From Leucoraja ocellata (taxonomy: Eukaryota), in NCBI GenBank assembly GCA_036785375.1, contig JAWMAR010000491.1:1364001-1428000 (forward strand): 64,000 nt of DNA, in the 5' to 3' direction. Below are positions 51,475 through 64,000 of the stretch, piece after piece. The first letter of the stretch is position 1. Each line of letters opens with the position of its first letter. The notes under the pieces were generated by a model. That model was not told the origin of the DNA, ran no database searches, and saw only the letters and a list, made by a program, of their open reading frames with translations. The position numbers were made by a program, and so were the translations under genes.

Positions 51475-52257
51475 ATCTATACTATTAATGTACACAATCA
51501 CAGTCCCTGTAGTGCAGTTTCCATGGAGCGTCTTTCAAATGGGAAGGAAATGCAACGCTGAACCCATACATGTAACTAACACATGGATGGAAAATGTGGA
51601 AACTTGACAATGTCACGGAGAAGTCATAGGCCTCCCTAGTAAACTCATATCAAGAAATTATTTAGAAGATCAGAGCTCTCTCTCAGTGTTGTGGCACACT
51701 TAAGATCAGCACACACCCATCTTTCAAAGAAGAACTCAAGATGAGATTAGTTGTTCCCATTCCAGTGCAAACATTGATAATGAATACAAATTTACACTTG
51801 TGTGAATTCATGTTTAATACATTCTGTTTACATTAAGTTACACGCATGTGCACACACTAGGTTGCCACCAATCTGAAAAAATGGCCCAATTTTGGAGCAA
51901 AAAGCAAAGTGCTTGAGCAACTCAGCTGGTTGAGCAGCATCTGTAGAGATGGACAGTCAACGTTTTGGGTTAAACGATTTTGTATACATGCATTAGATAA
52001 TTTGATCTTTAGAACATAGATGAAATGTTTACAAATCAAGGAATTCTCACCATTTATATGAAAATGCTTAAACTTGATTTCTTACAATTAAATTTAGATA
52101 TGAACAGCTTTGATGATTAGTTGAGGCCCCATCATTTATCGTCTAAATCTTATGTTCACAACTATGTAAAAATATATAATAATATAAGAGTTACTGCATG
52201 AAATATACAAGTAATGAATTTATACTTGTTACAAACATATAAAATTCTTATAAAAAC

Positions 52258-53575
52258 CCAGTGCCTAAGAATGCCTCTCCAGCCTGCTTGAATGACTATC
52301 GACCGGTTGCCCTCATCTCAGTGGTCATGAAATGCTTCGAGAGGCTGATCAAGAACTACATCTGTGCCGTCCTCCCTCACACCATGGACCCGCTGCAGTA
52401 CCATCCGAACAGATCCACGGATGATGCGATCTCCCAGGTTCTGCACACCACTCTCTCTCACCTTGACAGCCAGAAGGGGGGGCTACGTGAGGATGATTGA
52501 TTTCAGTTCAGCTTTCAACACCATAGTCCCCACCAGACTGGCTGAGAAGCTGCTGGAACTGGGGCTGAACACTCCCCTGTGTGCCTGGGTCCTGAACTTT
52601 CTCACTGCCAGGCCCCAGGTGGTCAAGATGAGGAGACATACCTCCAACCCCCTCACCCTGAACACAGGATTCCCCCAGGGTTGCGTCCTCAGCCCCCTAC
52701 TGTATTCCCTGTACACACACGACCGTGTGGCCAGGTTCAGCACCAACTCCATCATCAGGTTTGCTGATGACACTGTGGTGGTGGGCCTGATTTCCGATAA
52801 AGATGAGAAGGCCTACCTGGAGGAGGTGGCTGACAAAAGCCTCCTCTTTAATGTCACTAAAAGGAGCCGATTGTGGACTTTAGAAGGGCTCAACAACCAA
52901 GAACGTACAGGCCACTGAAGATAAATGGGACTACTGTGGATAGGGAGAGCAGCTTCAAATACCTGGGAATCCACATCACAGAGGATCTGACATGGACAAC
53001 ACACACTACCGCACTAGTGAGGAAGGCAAGGCAGCGTCTTTACCACCTCAGGCAGCTGAGGAAATTCAGAGTATCTCCGAGGATCCTTCAGTCCTTCTAC
53101 TCTGGGGCTGTAGAAAGCATCATGTCAGGTAACATCACAATCTGGTTTGGGAACAGCTCTGCCCAGGACAGGAAGGCTCTGCAGAGAGTACTGCATTCGG
53201 CCGAACGCACTGTGGGAACTACATTCACCGCCCTGCAAGACCTATACACCAGGTGATGCAGATCCAGAGCCAGCAAGATAATGAAGGACCCCTACCACCT
53301 CAGCAACGGACCGTTCCAGCTGCTACGGTCAGGCAAGCGCTTCCGCTGTCACGCTGTGAAAACAGAGGATGAGACGGAGTTTCTTCCCACTGGCCATTAG
53401 GACTGTAAACTCTAATCTCACCAGGAACTAATATACTGTTGTGTTGTGTCTTTTTTATTTTTCTAAAATGTAAATACCGGTTCTGTTCTGTTGTTTTGGA
53501 CAATCCGCAGGCATTGCCACTTTCATTTCACTGCACATCTTGTATGTGTATGTGACAAATAAAGTTGACTTGACG
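52258..53575 (+). mobile_element. Rex1/Babar LINE RT 3' half (disrupted)
   Basis: [47 protein letters not shown]; tail aataaagttgacttgac. Confidence 0.92.
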
Positions 53576-54958
53576 ACTTATGTTATACAAAATTGTAGCA
53601 TAACCTGAAAGTTAAAATTGTATTCCTGACAACTTTGTTGAAATTTACCAGCGTTCCTCAGAAAGACTGAAATGGATGTTTAGGCTTTTCCAAAAGCCTT
53701 CATAAGCTGCAATTGCACCTGGAATTGATAAATACATGTTTTTGTGAGTTCCCACTTGCAACCCGTGATTTATTTGTAATCATTTACTAGATTGCAATCA
53801 AAAGTGAAATACTGGTTCAATGTTCCCCTCTTTGGTCCATATTGGCAAGAACAAGTGGTATAGAAGTGTGAAAACAAGCATGTCCAGATTCAGGGACAGT
53901 TTCTTCCCTGCTGTTATCAGGCAACTGAACCATCCTACCAACAACTAGACAACAGCCCTGAGCTACTAACACCCTCATTGGAGACCCTCGGACTATCTTT
54001 GATCTGACTTAACTGAACTTTATCTTGCACTAAACAGTACTTGTCATTTTCTTTATCATGTATCTGTGCACTGTGGATATGTCGATTGTAATCAGGTGTT
54101 GTCTTTCTGCTGACCGATTAGCAGACAACAAAAGATTTTCACTATACCTCGATACAAGTGACAATAAACTAAACTCAAACTAAAAACTAAAACTCTGTGG
54201 ACTCAATAGGTTAATAAAGATAATTTGTGTTCTGAATTTAATCATAGAGTTGTGCAGCATGGAAACAGGTCCTTTGGCCTAATGTCCATGGAATAAAGTC
54301 CTAGCTGTCCAATCTCTCACTATAACTTAGGCCCTCAAGTGCTGGCAACATTCTTGTAAATCTTTTCTGCATTTTTTCCAGCTAAACAATATCCTTCCTA
54401 TAGCAGGGTGGGTGACCAAAACATAGTACTCCAAAAGCACTCTTTCCAAGAGAGATGTAGGTTTTAGAGCCAAAGCAATCAAGGGATATGGGGGAAAAGC
54501 CGAAACGGGGGACTGATTTTAGATGATCAGCCATGATCAGATTGACTGGCGGTGCTGGCTCAAAGGGCCAAATGGCCTACTCCTGCACCTATTTTTCTGT
54601 TTCTTACCAATGCCTTGTATAACTGTAACATAACATCCCAACTTCTGTACTCAATACCCTGACTGATGAATGCGAATGTACCAACAATCTTCTTGACTAC
54701 CCTATATACCCGTGACGCCACTTTCAAAGAACTATGTACCTGCACAGGGGCGGCATAGTGGTGTAACGGGAGAGTTGCTCCCAAGTCGCTGTTATCAGGC
54801 AACTGAATCATCCTACCATAACTAGAGAGCAGTGCTGAACTACTATCTACCTCTTTGGTGACCCTCAGACTATCCTTGATCGGACTTTGCTGGTTTTGCC
54901 TTGCAACGTTATCACCTTATCATGTAATATACACTGTAAATGGATCGATAGTAATCAT

Positions 54959-55160
54959 TGACTGCTCTAATTTCAGGTAGTCCTTACTGTCTCCTCCCCT
55001 TCTCAGCTCTCCCTCTGGCTCCTCCTCTTCCTTTCTTCTTCCCGCTCCCCTCACCCTCACATCAGTCTGAAGAAGGGTTTCAGCCCGAAACGTTGCCTAT
55101 TTCCTTCGCTCCATAGATGCTGCCTCGCCCGCTGACTTTCTCCAGCATTTTTGTCTACCT
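54959..55160 (+). mobile_element. Penelope-like element 3' fragment: ORF end + pyrimidine tract + hammerhead core (55067-55094)
   Basis: Begins (A)TTGACTGCTCTAATTTCAGGTAG (IDCSNFR*), resembling PLE ORF C-termini; core CTGAAGAAGGGTTTCAGCCCGAAACGTT; 14-bp TSD TCGATAGTAATCAT. Confidence 0.75.
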
Positions 55161-56515
55161 TCGATAGTAATCATATTTTGTCTTTCTGCTGTCTAGTTGG
55201 CAGAAACAAAAGCTTTTCACATTCACGTGACAATAAACTAAACTGAAACAAGGTGATGATCCCCTTTTTATATACACACGCACACACATTTAAAAAAAGG
55301 CAATTGTAAATGAAATGCAGTGGAATTTTATTTTAAGTAGATTGAAGAACTTCAATAAAATATAGTCAACTGCAGAAACAGGCACACAATTTGTACATGG
55401 AAAAGGAGGGATGGGGAAAAAACACAATGCAGAGCAACTAAGTATGAGGACATGGTTTGTAATTTCAAATTAACACACTGAAGTATTTGCAACAATATGC
55501 AATTTGCCATAGGGATCAAATAATGTTGTTTTACACATTGATGGATATTGTGAATCAAACTTTTAATTGATAACTTACTTTATTTTTCAACAGCGAAGAA
55601 ACCAATTAAAAAAAAAAAGAGATTCTGACTTTAGTAATCAACTACTGGAATCAGATAAACCAAAACATTTTCAAGACATACCTTATGTTTCATAAACGTA
55701 TTAATTACAACCATTTTTGACCACCTAGAGGTGAATATTTCATGAACAAATCAGTTCACTTTTTTTCCCCTGACATTAGGAATTCAATTAATAATGGCAT
55801 TTTAGTGTAATTTCTTTTAAAAAAAATTACAAATTGCAAGCAATTAAATGACTGAGTTGACAAAATTTAAACCACTTTTTAAAATAGATATTGAAAAATA
55901 TTTACTTATGAATATCACTATGTGTATGTGACAAATAAACTTGACTTGACATGACATGACATTGGTTCCCATTTGTCCCGGTCCTATTAAAAGTAGCATA
56001 GATCAAAATCTTGACATATAGCCCTGCAAGTACAAGAACAAACATATGTGCCATGGTATAATTAACCGTGTAAACTTCCCATTACTTAAACAAAAGAAAG
56101 TATCTAACACATTTCTGGGACCACCTGATTTTAGTCAGATGGAACACAAAAAAATCATAAAAGCTGTAAAGTTAATTGAAATTATGAAGTATCACCTTGT
56201 ACTAATGGGAATCATAAAATAGGCTAGAAAGGTCCTCTACACCAGCCATACTAAGTACAACGGTCACCATCAGAATACTTTCAAAATATTCTATATACAA
56301 ATAAAAATCTTCCATTCTGCAAGTAGATGTGCTAAATCAATATCTGGTGGAACACATCATGGGAATAATAGAGAATTCCAGATTCATTTGCTAAAAGGAA
56401 AATGTTAACTTTTAGTATTGTGCTGTACTATTTCCCAATTGTGGTTTGAGATTTCTTAGTACAAAATGTAAAATATACTTATATTTACTTACATTTTTAT
56501 GTTAGAATTCTCTAC

Positions 56516-59197
56516 CTAGTGTTCATCATCTGGTTCAGTTACTTCATTTTCTTTTTGCGATGGAGGCTTCCACACATCACTGCTGCCACTTCCTTCAGAA
56601 GCATCATCTTCATTCTCTTCACCAGCCCAATCATCATCCTCTTCAAGTGGCTCATTTTTCTCATCTTCACCAGGGTACTGTCCATTTGAATTGTTGCTCT
56701 CCGAAACAACAACTTCCGTTTGCCTTTGTACAAACCATTCCCTGATATTTTCATAACTCATGCCTGATTTTGCCACAAGATCATCAAGATCTTCTTCATT
56801 TAAATATTTGTGTTTCAAGTAATATGGTTCAAGAAAATTTCTCCCTGAAGCGAGTTCCGTAGATACTTTGCTTGACGTCATTCCGCTCCAGTTGCGAGAC
56901 CTTCCATTCCCCCTTGCTCTTCCTCTTCCTCGTGGTCTGCCTCTCAATCTACCTCTACCTTTAGTCCTTCTGGAGGAAACCTGGGTTTGCCCATTTTGAG
57001 TGTCCATGTTACCACTTTGATAATAATAGTACCATTTCAAGTTGCCATTTTTCCAAGCATACCTGGTATCTCCGAACCAACTTACAATATCAGTTCTGGC
57101 CAGCCCAGTGTCTAGAGCTAATTGGTCATATACCTCTGGGGATGGCCAGTGCGTGCGAACAAATGCGCTTTTAAGCAGATGTAGCTGCTCTGGAGTTTTC
57201 TTATATAGTCTGCTAACTGCAGTTGCCATTACTCTTGGAATTGCTAAGCCACTGGCCAAAGATGTGGTATGAATTTGCCCATATTGTGATTTTGTGCTCC
57301 CTGCATCAGAGTCCTTATGTTTGACATCAACTTCGCCGTCTATCAATTTTCCGCTCTCATCATTTTTATCTTCTGAATTTTTAATTTTCCTCCTCTCACA
57401 AAACCAGACGTCAATCTCTCTTCTAGTGAGTTTTGTTTCAGTCCTTAGCTTGTTAATCTCATCATCAGTGGGAAATGGACTAAAATGAAAACTTTCTTGG
57501 AGAATCTGAAGCTGTTCTGCGCTTTTCTCTTTGAACTTCTGAGGAGTAAAATCTGGGAAAGCATGCCACCCATGTTTACGTTGCTGATTTACTGCAAGCG
57601 ATTCAGAAATCATGTCATCTCCAGAATCCAAAATGATGGTGCTGCTGACTTCAGCAATATTGACATTTTGATTACATTTTGAATTTCTATGGTTGTACCG
57701 TGTATCACTGAACCACTTCTTTATGTCACCTCTTGTGAGGCCTGATATTTGTATGATTCTAGCAATTTCTGCATCACTGGGAAATGCATTCCTATTGAAG
57801 CTGGCTTTTAGTTCATTCAGTTGCTCTTTTGTCTTTTTGAGGCGGACGATGTATGGATCTGTACTCGAGACAGAATTAAGGGAACTTCCTTGTGAAGCAA
57901 ATTGAGGAAGCTGAGAGTTGTTTAGCCGTTTTACTTCAGGCCCTGTCTCACCCTCCTGCATTCTGCGCTTTTGCCACTGCATTTGATTTGTAACTCCTGC
58001 AACGGTGACAGTGACCGGAGAATTCCCAGTGACCACGTTTTTACTGGTAACCTGTGCCAAGACAATACCTGGCTGACCAACTATCTGACAAGGTTGGAGG
58101 ATCTGCTGCAATCCATTAGCAGATGTTGAAATCTGTGCAGGTATGACTGTAATTGTTTGCGGTATAGTGTGCACAGTGCCATTAAATTGTCTCTTTTTGG
58201 CATCTTCCACCTCCTCTGGGGTCCAGCTGATGCCATGCTTGAGCCGTTGAGCAGTGAACCAGATTTTAATCTGTTCCTCTGTATATTTTGTCTGAGTTTT
58301 TAACGTTACAACTTCTGACTGCGTAGGATAGGGAAATTTGTTGAATGAGTTCACTAGGTGAGTATTTACATCCATATTAGTGTTATAAGTTGGAATGCTG
58401 TTTAATGGAATCATAACTTTTGGAATACAATTAGAATTTGGAGACTGTATCAATTGGCTAATACCTACTGAATCAATTATAACACCATTTCCTTCTTGGT
58501 TAATACAAATTCCACTGGTACTAGTAGATCCCAAGACCGAGTTGGTGCCCATTGTCTCATCGTTGTTTTCTTGTCTAGCTGTGAATTCATCCACAAAACT
58601 TGGAGACAGAGAGATTCTTTTGGTCTCATTTTTATTTTTTATCTTCATGATTGGCGTTTTACTTATTGATATTCCTGTCGGAGTGGTGTCAATGTTTTCG
58701 GACTGATCTTCATTTGTAGGAACCCCATTACTATTGCATTCTTCAACAGTCTGTTCAAAGACAGTTTGATTGTTGTGTTTCACCATTTTAAGCTTAAAAT
58801 TTATTTCACCCGAATGATATCTAGCATTGTGGTCATTAAGAGTATCATACCTTTTGGTCATAAAATTACATTCCATACAGAAATAGGATGGATTGAGAAT
58901 AACATTTGGGTGCTTTGAGTCAACGTGCACTGTAAATTCATTTAAGTCTTGTGTTTCAAAAGTGCAATATTTACACTCATAGCCTCCTTCTAGTTTCTTG
59001 ATTTGGTTATCTTGTACTTCCTTTTCTGCAATATTCTCATCATCAACTACAGCACCATCTGCTGCCATACTCTCATCAGAAGTGTCTGGAGGAAGATCAT
59101 CATCAACATCTGTAATCATATCCAGATCTTGGTTCTGATCCAGAGTTTCATTTGCAGGGACCATGCAAGGAATTTTAGACTTCCTTTTGCTGGCCAT
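56516..59197 (-). CDS. ZHX1: Zinc fingers and homeoboxes protein 1 (2 C2H2 fingers, 5 homeodomains), single coding exon, 893 aa
   Basis: accATGG start MASKRKSKIPCMV; GGYECKYC..HVDSKH, CMECNF..H; homeodomains IKIWFTAQR, IKKWFSDTR, IDVWFCERR, IVSWFGDTR, IREWF; exon acceptor at 59301; synteny with C8orf76. Confidence 0.96.
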   Translation of the reverse strand: MASKRKSKIPCMVPANETLDQNQDLDMITDVDDDLPPDTSDESMAADGAVVDDENIAEKEVQDNQIKKLEGGYECKYCTFETQDLNEFTVHVDSKHPNVILNPSYFCMECNFMTKRYDTLNDHNARYHSGEINFKLKMVKHNNQTVFEQTVEECNSNGVPTNEDQSENIDTTPTGISISKTPIMKIKNKNETKRISLSPSFVDEFTARQENNDETMGTNSVLGSTSTSGICINQEGNGVIIDSVGISQLIQSPNSNCIPKVMIPLNSIPTYNTNMDVNTHLVNSFNKFPYPTQSEVVTLKTQTKYTEEQIKIWFTAQRLKHGISWTPEEVEDAKKRQFNGTVHTIPQTITVIPAQISTSANGLQQILQPCQIVGQPGIVLAQVTSKNVVTGNSPVTVTVAGVTNQMQWQKRRMQEGETGPEVKRLNNSQLPQFASQGSSLNSVSSTDPYIVRLKKTKEQLNELKASFNRNAFPSDAEIARIIQISGLTRGDIKKWFSDTRYNHRNSKCNQNVNIAEVSSTIILDSGDDMISESLAVNQQRKHGWHAFPDFTPQKFKEKSAEQLQILQESFHFSPFPTDDEINKLRTETKLTRREIDVWFCERRKIKNSEDKNDESGKLIDGEVDVKHKDSDAGSTKSQYGQIHTTSLASGLAIPRVMATAVSRLYKKTPEQLHLLKSAFVRTHWPSPEVYDQLALDTGLARTDIVSWFGDTRYAWKNGNLKWYYYYQSGNMDTQNGQTQVSSRRTKGRGRLRGRPRGRGRARGNGRSRNWSGMTSSKVSTELASGRNFLEPYYLKHKYLNEEDLDDLVAKSGMSYENIREWFVQRQTEVVVSESNNSNGQYPGEDEKNEPLEEDDDWAGEENEDDASEGSGSSDVWKPPSQKENEVTEPDDEH

Positions 59198-59924
59198 GGT
59201 CAGTGGTGAAAAGTGAATTGGTTTCAAAAAATGTTAATCCCGCTGCAGGTTGATCTACCTTCAGGCCTATATCTTAGGTTCCTCCCCACAGTGGATTCAT
59301 CTGTAGATAAAAATTAAGAAAATGTTACTTCATGACTACAAAAAATGCTTACCACTTAAAAATTAGTCCATATTTTTGATACGTATCATTGGAGCATTGG
59401 CTAAATAAAGGATTGAAACATGGAAAATCGACCCTCATCTCAGCAGAGTTCAACAGCAAGATACCAAAAACTCACACATTTTAATTACATAAATTTAAAC
59501 GGTGAAATAGGATTACACACAAAACCAATTGCAACTTTTCAGAAAAAGCAGCCCAAGCCTGCATATACTAAGACCAAAACTTTCACAGTGATTATAAGAA
59601 ATGTTAAGTCGACCCGCCGACCATTGATGTACAACAGGGTTATTATCATCAACATTCCGAGTGTCACCATTGATCAGAGATTTCGCTGAACAAACCACAT
59701 AAATACTGAAAATTCTCCCTAAACTGTAGTAGTTGGAAATCTGAAATAAAACCAGAAAACAATGGAAACATTCAGTAGATCAGGCAGCAACCATTGAGGG
59801 AGAAACTGTTAATGTGTCAGGTCTTTCTGATGAAGAGTCCCAGAGCTGAAACATTAGCTTTTTTCTTCCCACAGATATTGCCTGGACTGTTGAATGCATT
59901 TCCCATGTTCCCGGTTTCTAAATA

Positions 59925-60190
59925 CAATAGACAATAGGTGCTGAAGTAGGCCATTCGACCCTTCGAGCCAACACCGCCATTCAATATGATCATGGCTGAT
60001 CATCCCCAATCAGTACCCCGTTCCTGCCTTCTCCCCATATCCCCTGACTCCGCTATTTTTAAGAGCCCTATCTAGCTCTCTCTTGAAAGCATCCAGAGAA
60101 CCCGCCTCCACCACCCTCTGTGGCAGAGAATTCCACACTCACCACTCTCTGTGAGAAAAAGTGGTTCCTCGTCTCAGTTCTAAATGGCTT
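59925..60190 (-). mobile_element. CR1 3' end
   Basis: acaatagacaataggtgc tail and CR1 3'UTR. Confidence 0.85.
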
Positions 60191-60638
60191 ATGAAGGTTT
60201 AAAAAAAATCGTGAGATCAGCAGATTGGTTTTCTCGCCTGTCAGTCACCATGAAGGTAACGCCTCTTCTGGCACCTGCTGGAGAATAAAGCCTCGGAGGC
60301 AGGGCTGAGTCCACAAGTGCAAATTGAGTCCGCAAAAGTGGAGTCGGGAAAGCCGCTGTGTGGAGTCGGTAAAATCGCTTTGTGGTGCTGCGGCCGGCAG
60401 CCGCTGAGTGGAGCCCCCCCCCCCCACCAGTCCACGCCACTCCCCCCACGCTACACTCCTCCCCCGCAACACCATCCCTTTCCCACGACAACCCCCCCAA
60501 CCCCCACAGCAGCCCCCCCCTCCCTCACACTACCACCGCCTCTCCCACACCATGGTGGAATATTGCATTGGGGAATGGGTTGCATTGGGGATCAGGCCTC
60601 CTGTGTGACTGGGACCCAACGGGTCCCACTTAGTCTAG
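60190..60638 (+). mobile_element. Helitron-like element 3' part
   Basis: Hairpin GGGACCC-AAC-GGGTCCC (60611-60627), then CTAG (60635-60638) followed by T. Confidence 0.65.
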
Positions 60639-62464
60639 TAATGTGTAAAGCTACAATGGGGAGTAGGAAGGAATACTTGCCTAGATGACTGCATCTTCTA
60701 CAATACTTGACTGAACAGACATCAGTCATGAGAAAGTAAGCTCATTTGCACAATCCACTACCCTTAACCTTCACAATCTCCATTTTGTAGATGGTATACC
60801 ATCTGAAAAATGTATTGCAGTTTCTTGCGAAGCCTAGTCTGATTGAACCTCCCAAACACATGACCTCTACAAGAGGCAGTGGTAAATTGGAACACTACTA
60901 CCTTAGATTTCAATCCATGATATTGACAAACCTGATTTGAAAATTTATCACTGATCCATCATGGTAGCTCTGCCTAAAACTTGAAACTCTCTACTCAATA
61001 GTTGTGTATTTAACCAATTTAAAAACAATAAAGAAAAATTTTAATGTGTGTGTGCTTTGGATGCACCAGCACCCACTGTATTGGAAACATTCTCATTTGA
61101 CAGAGAAATGGGAGCAGTCACAACTGAAGCACAAATGCAGATGGATAGACTGAGTCAGCGCCCGTGACACACACACACACACACAGTGCTGTTAGGTTAC
61201 TGAATCAGCAGCTAGCTTTCTAGTCGACTGATCCGCAGAGGTTGAAATGCCATGCAGCAGCTGCAGAATTTAAATTCAACAAATTGAATAAATCTGAAAT
61301 TTAAAAAGCTTCCCCCCCCCAATAATCATAAGCAGCAAAAGTACTAGACTGTCATTAAAAATTCATATCAATGTACCTCAGGGAAATAAATTTACCATCC
61401 TTATCTTGTCTGGTCGATGTATGTATGTCTCAAGATCTACAGCAATGTGGTTGACTCATTGCTGCTTCCTGAGTTCTTGGGGTAATTAAGAATGAACAAT
61501 AATTGCCAACACAGTCCACATTCAGTGAATAAATAGGAATGCACAAGTAAATGCATCTAAAAAGGCTCACTTCAATTTATGGCACAATAACAAAATCAAA
61601 TTATCAATGACTCAGAAAACCTGTCAGGCACAGAAAAAAATAGATCTGAGGGACACAAGTGTGTGGCATAAACATTAAGATAAACAAGCCTATAGTAAAT
61701 CCCAAAAGGTGCATTCAAAAATGTTGCATTGAGACAGGCATGTACTCGTGAATATTGTATTTACATGCGTTAAGTACTCACACCAAGGTAAAGAATTTGT
61801 GTTGACAGAATAACCAAACAAATCTTCAGCTTGTCCTAAGGTGTTGAACTTCAGATTATTATTAGTGTAGAAAAAGTACTTTCCTGATTTTGTTTCTTCA
61901 TGGCCTGGCTCTAATTTGATTACATACCTCAAGTTCTTTTATGTTACAAGACATCAGGCAAATGACACAGCTTGGTAATCTGTTTTTGTTATACGGATGA
62001 GGGATATTTATGGCCAAAAAAAACAGAAAAGCTTTCAACTCTGAGAATAGTCACTGTATATTTTGTTATAATGTGGCTGAATAAGCCTTGGTTTGACATC
62101 CGGATTGAAAGCCGACACTTCCAATAGTAAGTAAGTGGAAAGTAACGAGCAAGAAGTCTTTAATAAATATAACACCCACTCAACCATAATTTCTAGAGCC
62201 AAAAGATTCATTTGCCCAAGTATATAACCAAATTTGGACTCAAACAAAATGTAACTATAATTTGATTAAGATTTCAATAAATAGGTCTCATAAATAAATA
62301 CATCAATCTCTGTGCACATTTTGCACAGAACTGCAGAGTAAGGTTCACCAGCACCATCCCTGATACCACCAACAATACTATATACTTTGAATTTTATATT
62401 GCAGGTATAACATTCAAGTTTAGCCATGTAGCTTGCCACATTTGGACAAAGAGTAGGGAGGGAG

Positions 62465-62745
62465 GAAATAATCTTTGAGAACAATAGGACATAGGTTTAA
62501 AGTGAAGGGGGAAAGATTTAATAGGAACCTGAGGGGTAACATTTTTTTTTACACAAAGGGTGGTGGGTATGTGGAACAAGTTGCCGGAGGAGGTAGTTGA
62601 GGCAAGTATTATCATAATGTTTAAGAGACATTTGGACAAGTATATGGATAGGATAGGTTTATGTGCCAAGTGTGGGCAGGTAGGACGTGCATGTTGTTTA
62701 GCATGAGCAAGTTGGACCAAAAGACATGTTTTCACGCTATACGAC
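62465..62745 (+). mobile_element. Old CR1 3' fragment
   Basis: ggacataggtttaaagtga..tttacacaaagggtggtgggtatgtggaac..gacatttggac. Confidence 0.8.
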
Positions 62746-63459
62746 TATAACTTTAGATTGTCCCCAAACAATGTAATTTTATTTTACAATACCGGTTAGG
62801 TTCCACAACAGAAAATGAAAACATTTGTCTCTACTTTTAATCTGCTCTTTAAAATGTTCCTTTAAATTGAACAGTGTTTTTCTTTTAACTTCATCACTTC
62901 TCAATTTTTTTTAGTCCAGAACATAACAGTCCAATGAGTCATCAGAACACCATGAACTTAAAACAGATTAGTCACAAATTGTTAGATTCTTCCCCATCAA
63001 TGGAATAAATTCTGTAGGCCCTAGTTCCCTATACACTGTGTCTAAACCTTAAAATCATGACAAAAATGATAACTTCAAAGAATATTAACAAAAACTAAAC
63101 TCATTTAATTTGCAAAGACCACAAAACCATGCACAAGACACAATTCCCTAAGTGGTGCATTCATTTAAAATGTGCAGCTTCAGTCCTTTAAGCAAGGAGA
63201 GGATAGGATGTTCTAATCATGAAAAATACAGAATTGGTAAGAAAACTATATGGGAGATTAAAGCTTGGCCAGGCAGTTGAAACTGCACATAGGACTAGCT
63301 TGTCGAGGTCTTCATGATGTACAAAAGACACACCTGTCAGTAAGCAGAGTTCTTTTTTTAAATATGAAGGTTGAGCTGAGCTATCATCATAAAGGCACAA
63401 AGGTTACTTCCTGTGGCTTGTCATGAAGTCAAGATAACAAGTAGAAAACCTTCACCATC

Positions 63460-64000
63460 GGGTGGCGCCCGTAATGGCCGCCTCGCCAGCAGTCTGTCTC
63501 GTCCCTTCTGCTTTTATTATTTTAAGTTTGTCTTGAATGTTTGTTTTAATGTCTCTTGGTATTTTTTATATGGGCGGTGGGGGGGGGGGGGATCAAGGGA
63601 AACTTTTTCCAGTCACTTACCTTGACAGAGATGCGATTTTTCTCTGTGTCGCATCTCCGTCCCCCCCTGCGGCTTACAACGTGGAGTGGTGTGGCCTTTC
63701 CTGGAGACCGGTCCGGAGCTTCAAGCGCGACCATCATGGAGCCTGGGATCTTTTGCCGAAGATCGCCAGTGTAGGAGCTCTGACCGCGGAGCCTGTGGAC
63801 TTTAACACCGTGAAGCAACAGTCTGCGGTAAGAAGCAGCCGACTCGGGAGCTTCATGCCGCGGAGTGCTCCGATCCATCCCGACACCGGAGTCTCATCCC
63901 GACGAGAGGGCTTGAACAGCGGACCGTTGGCAACAGCAAGTGCGAAGGGTTCAGTCGCAACCGTGAGTGAACAAAGGAGGAAGATGACTGAACTTTATCG
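63460..64000 (+). mobile_element. GC-rich SINE-like element (family of 18418), runs off the window
   Basis: atggccgcctcgccagcagtctgtctcgtcc start and a G run, as at 18421. Confidence 0.6.

Noticed and set aside
59198-59227. N-terminal extension MKPIHFSPLT on ZHX1
   Set aside because: The ORF track used a TTG start; the homologous start is ATG 59197 in a good Kozak context.
61920-62030. Possible ZHX1 5' non-coding exon (minus-strand donor GAG|GTATGT near 61927)
   Set aside because: No convincing acceptor could be paired with it from sequence alone.

Overview
Vertebrate genomic DNA; the CR1/Penelope-rich repeat landscape suggests a cartilaginous fish such as a skate (inferred). The window holds the conserved FAM83A - C8orf76 - ZHX1 block: the last coding exon of FAM83A (+), a complete 6-exon C8orf76 CDS (-, 399 aa, first intron GC-AG) and the single-exon ZHX1 CDS (-, 893 aa) with a probable separate 3'UTR exon. 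Between C8orf76 and ZHX1 lies a decayed class I (gamma/epsilon-like) endogenous retrovirus (~32154-45604, +) with a tRNA-Pro PBS, gag-pro-pol, no env and short LTR remnants. It carries nested insertions: a Harbinger MITE, a hAT element containing CR1, a hammerhead/Penelope unit and Rex1, and a Passport-like Tc1 containing CR1. Where env should be there is a ~495-bp copy of nearby ZHX1 3' sequence, bracketed by a duplication of viral sequence with microhomologous junctions. Numerous short Penelope-derived units carry minimal hammerhead-ribozyme cores, three of them with their own TSDs. Also present: many CR1 and Rex1 LINE fragments, hAT and Harbinger MITEs, Helitron-like elements and one assembly gap. 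All homology calls are from recognition of sequence motifs, not from database searches.
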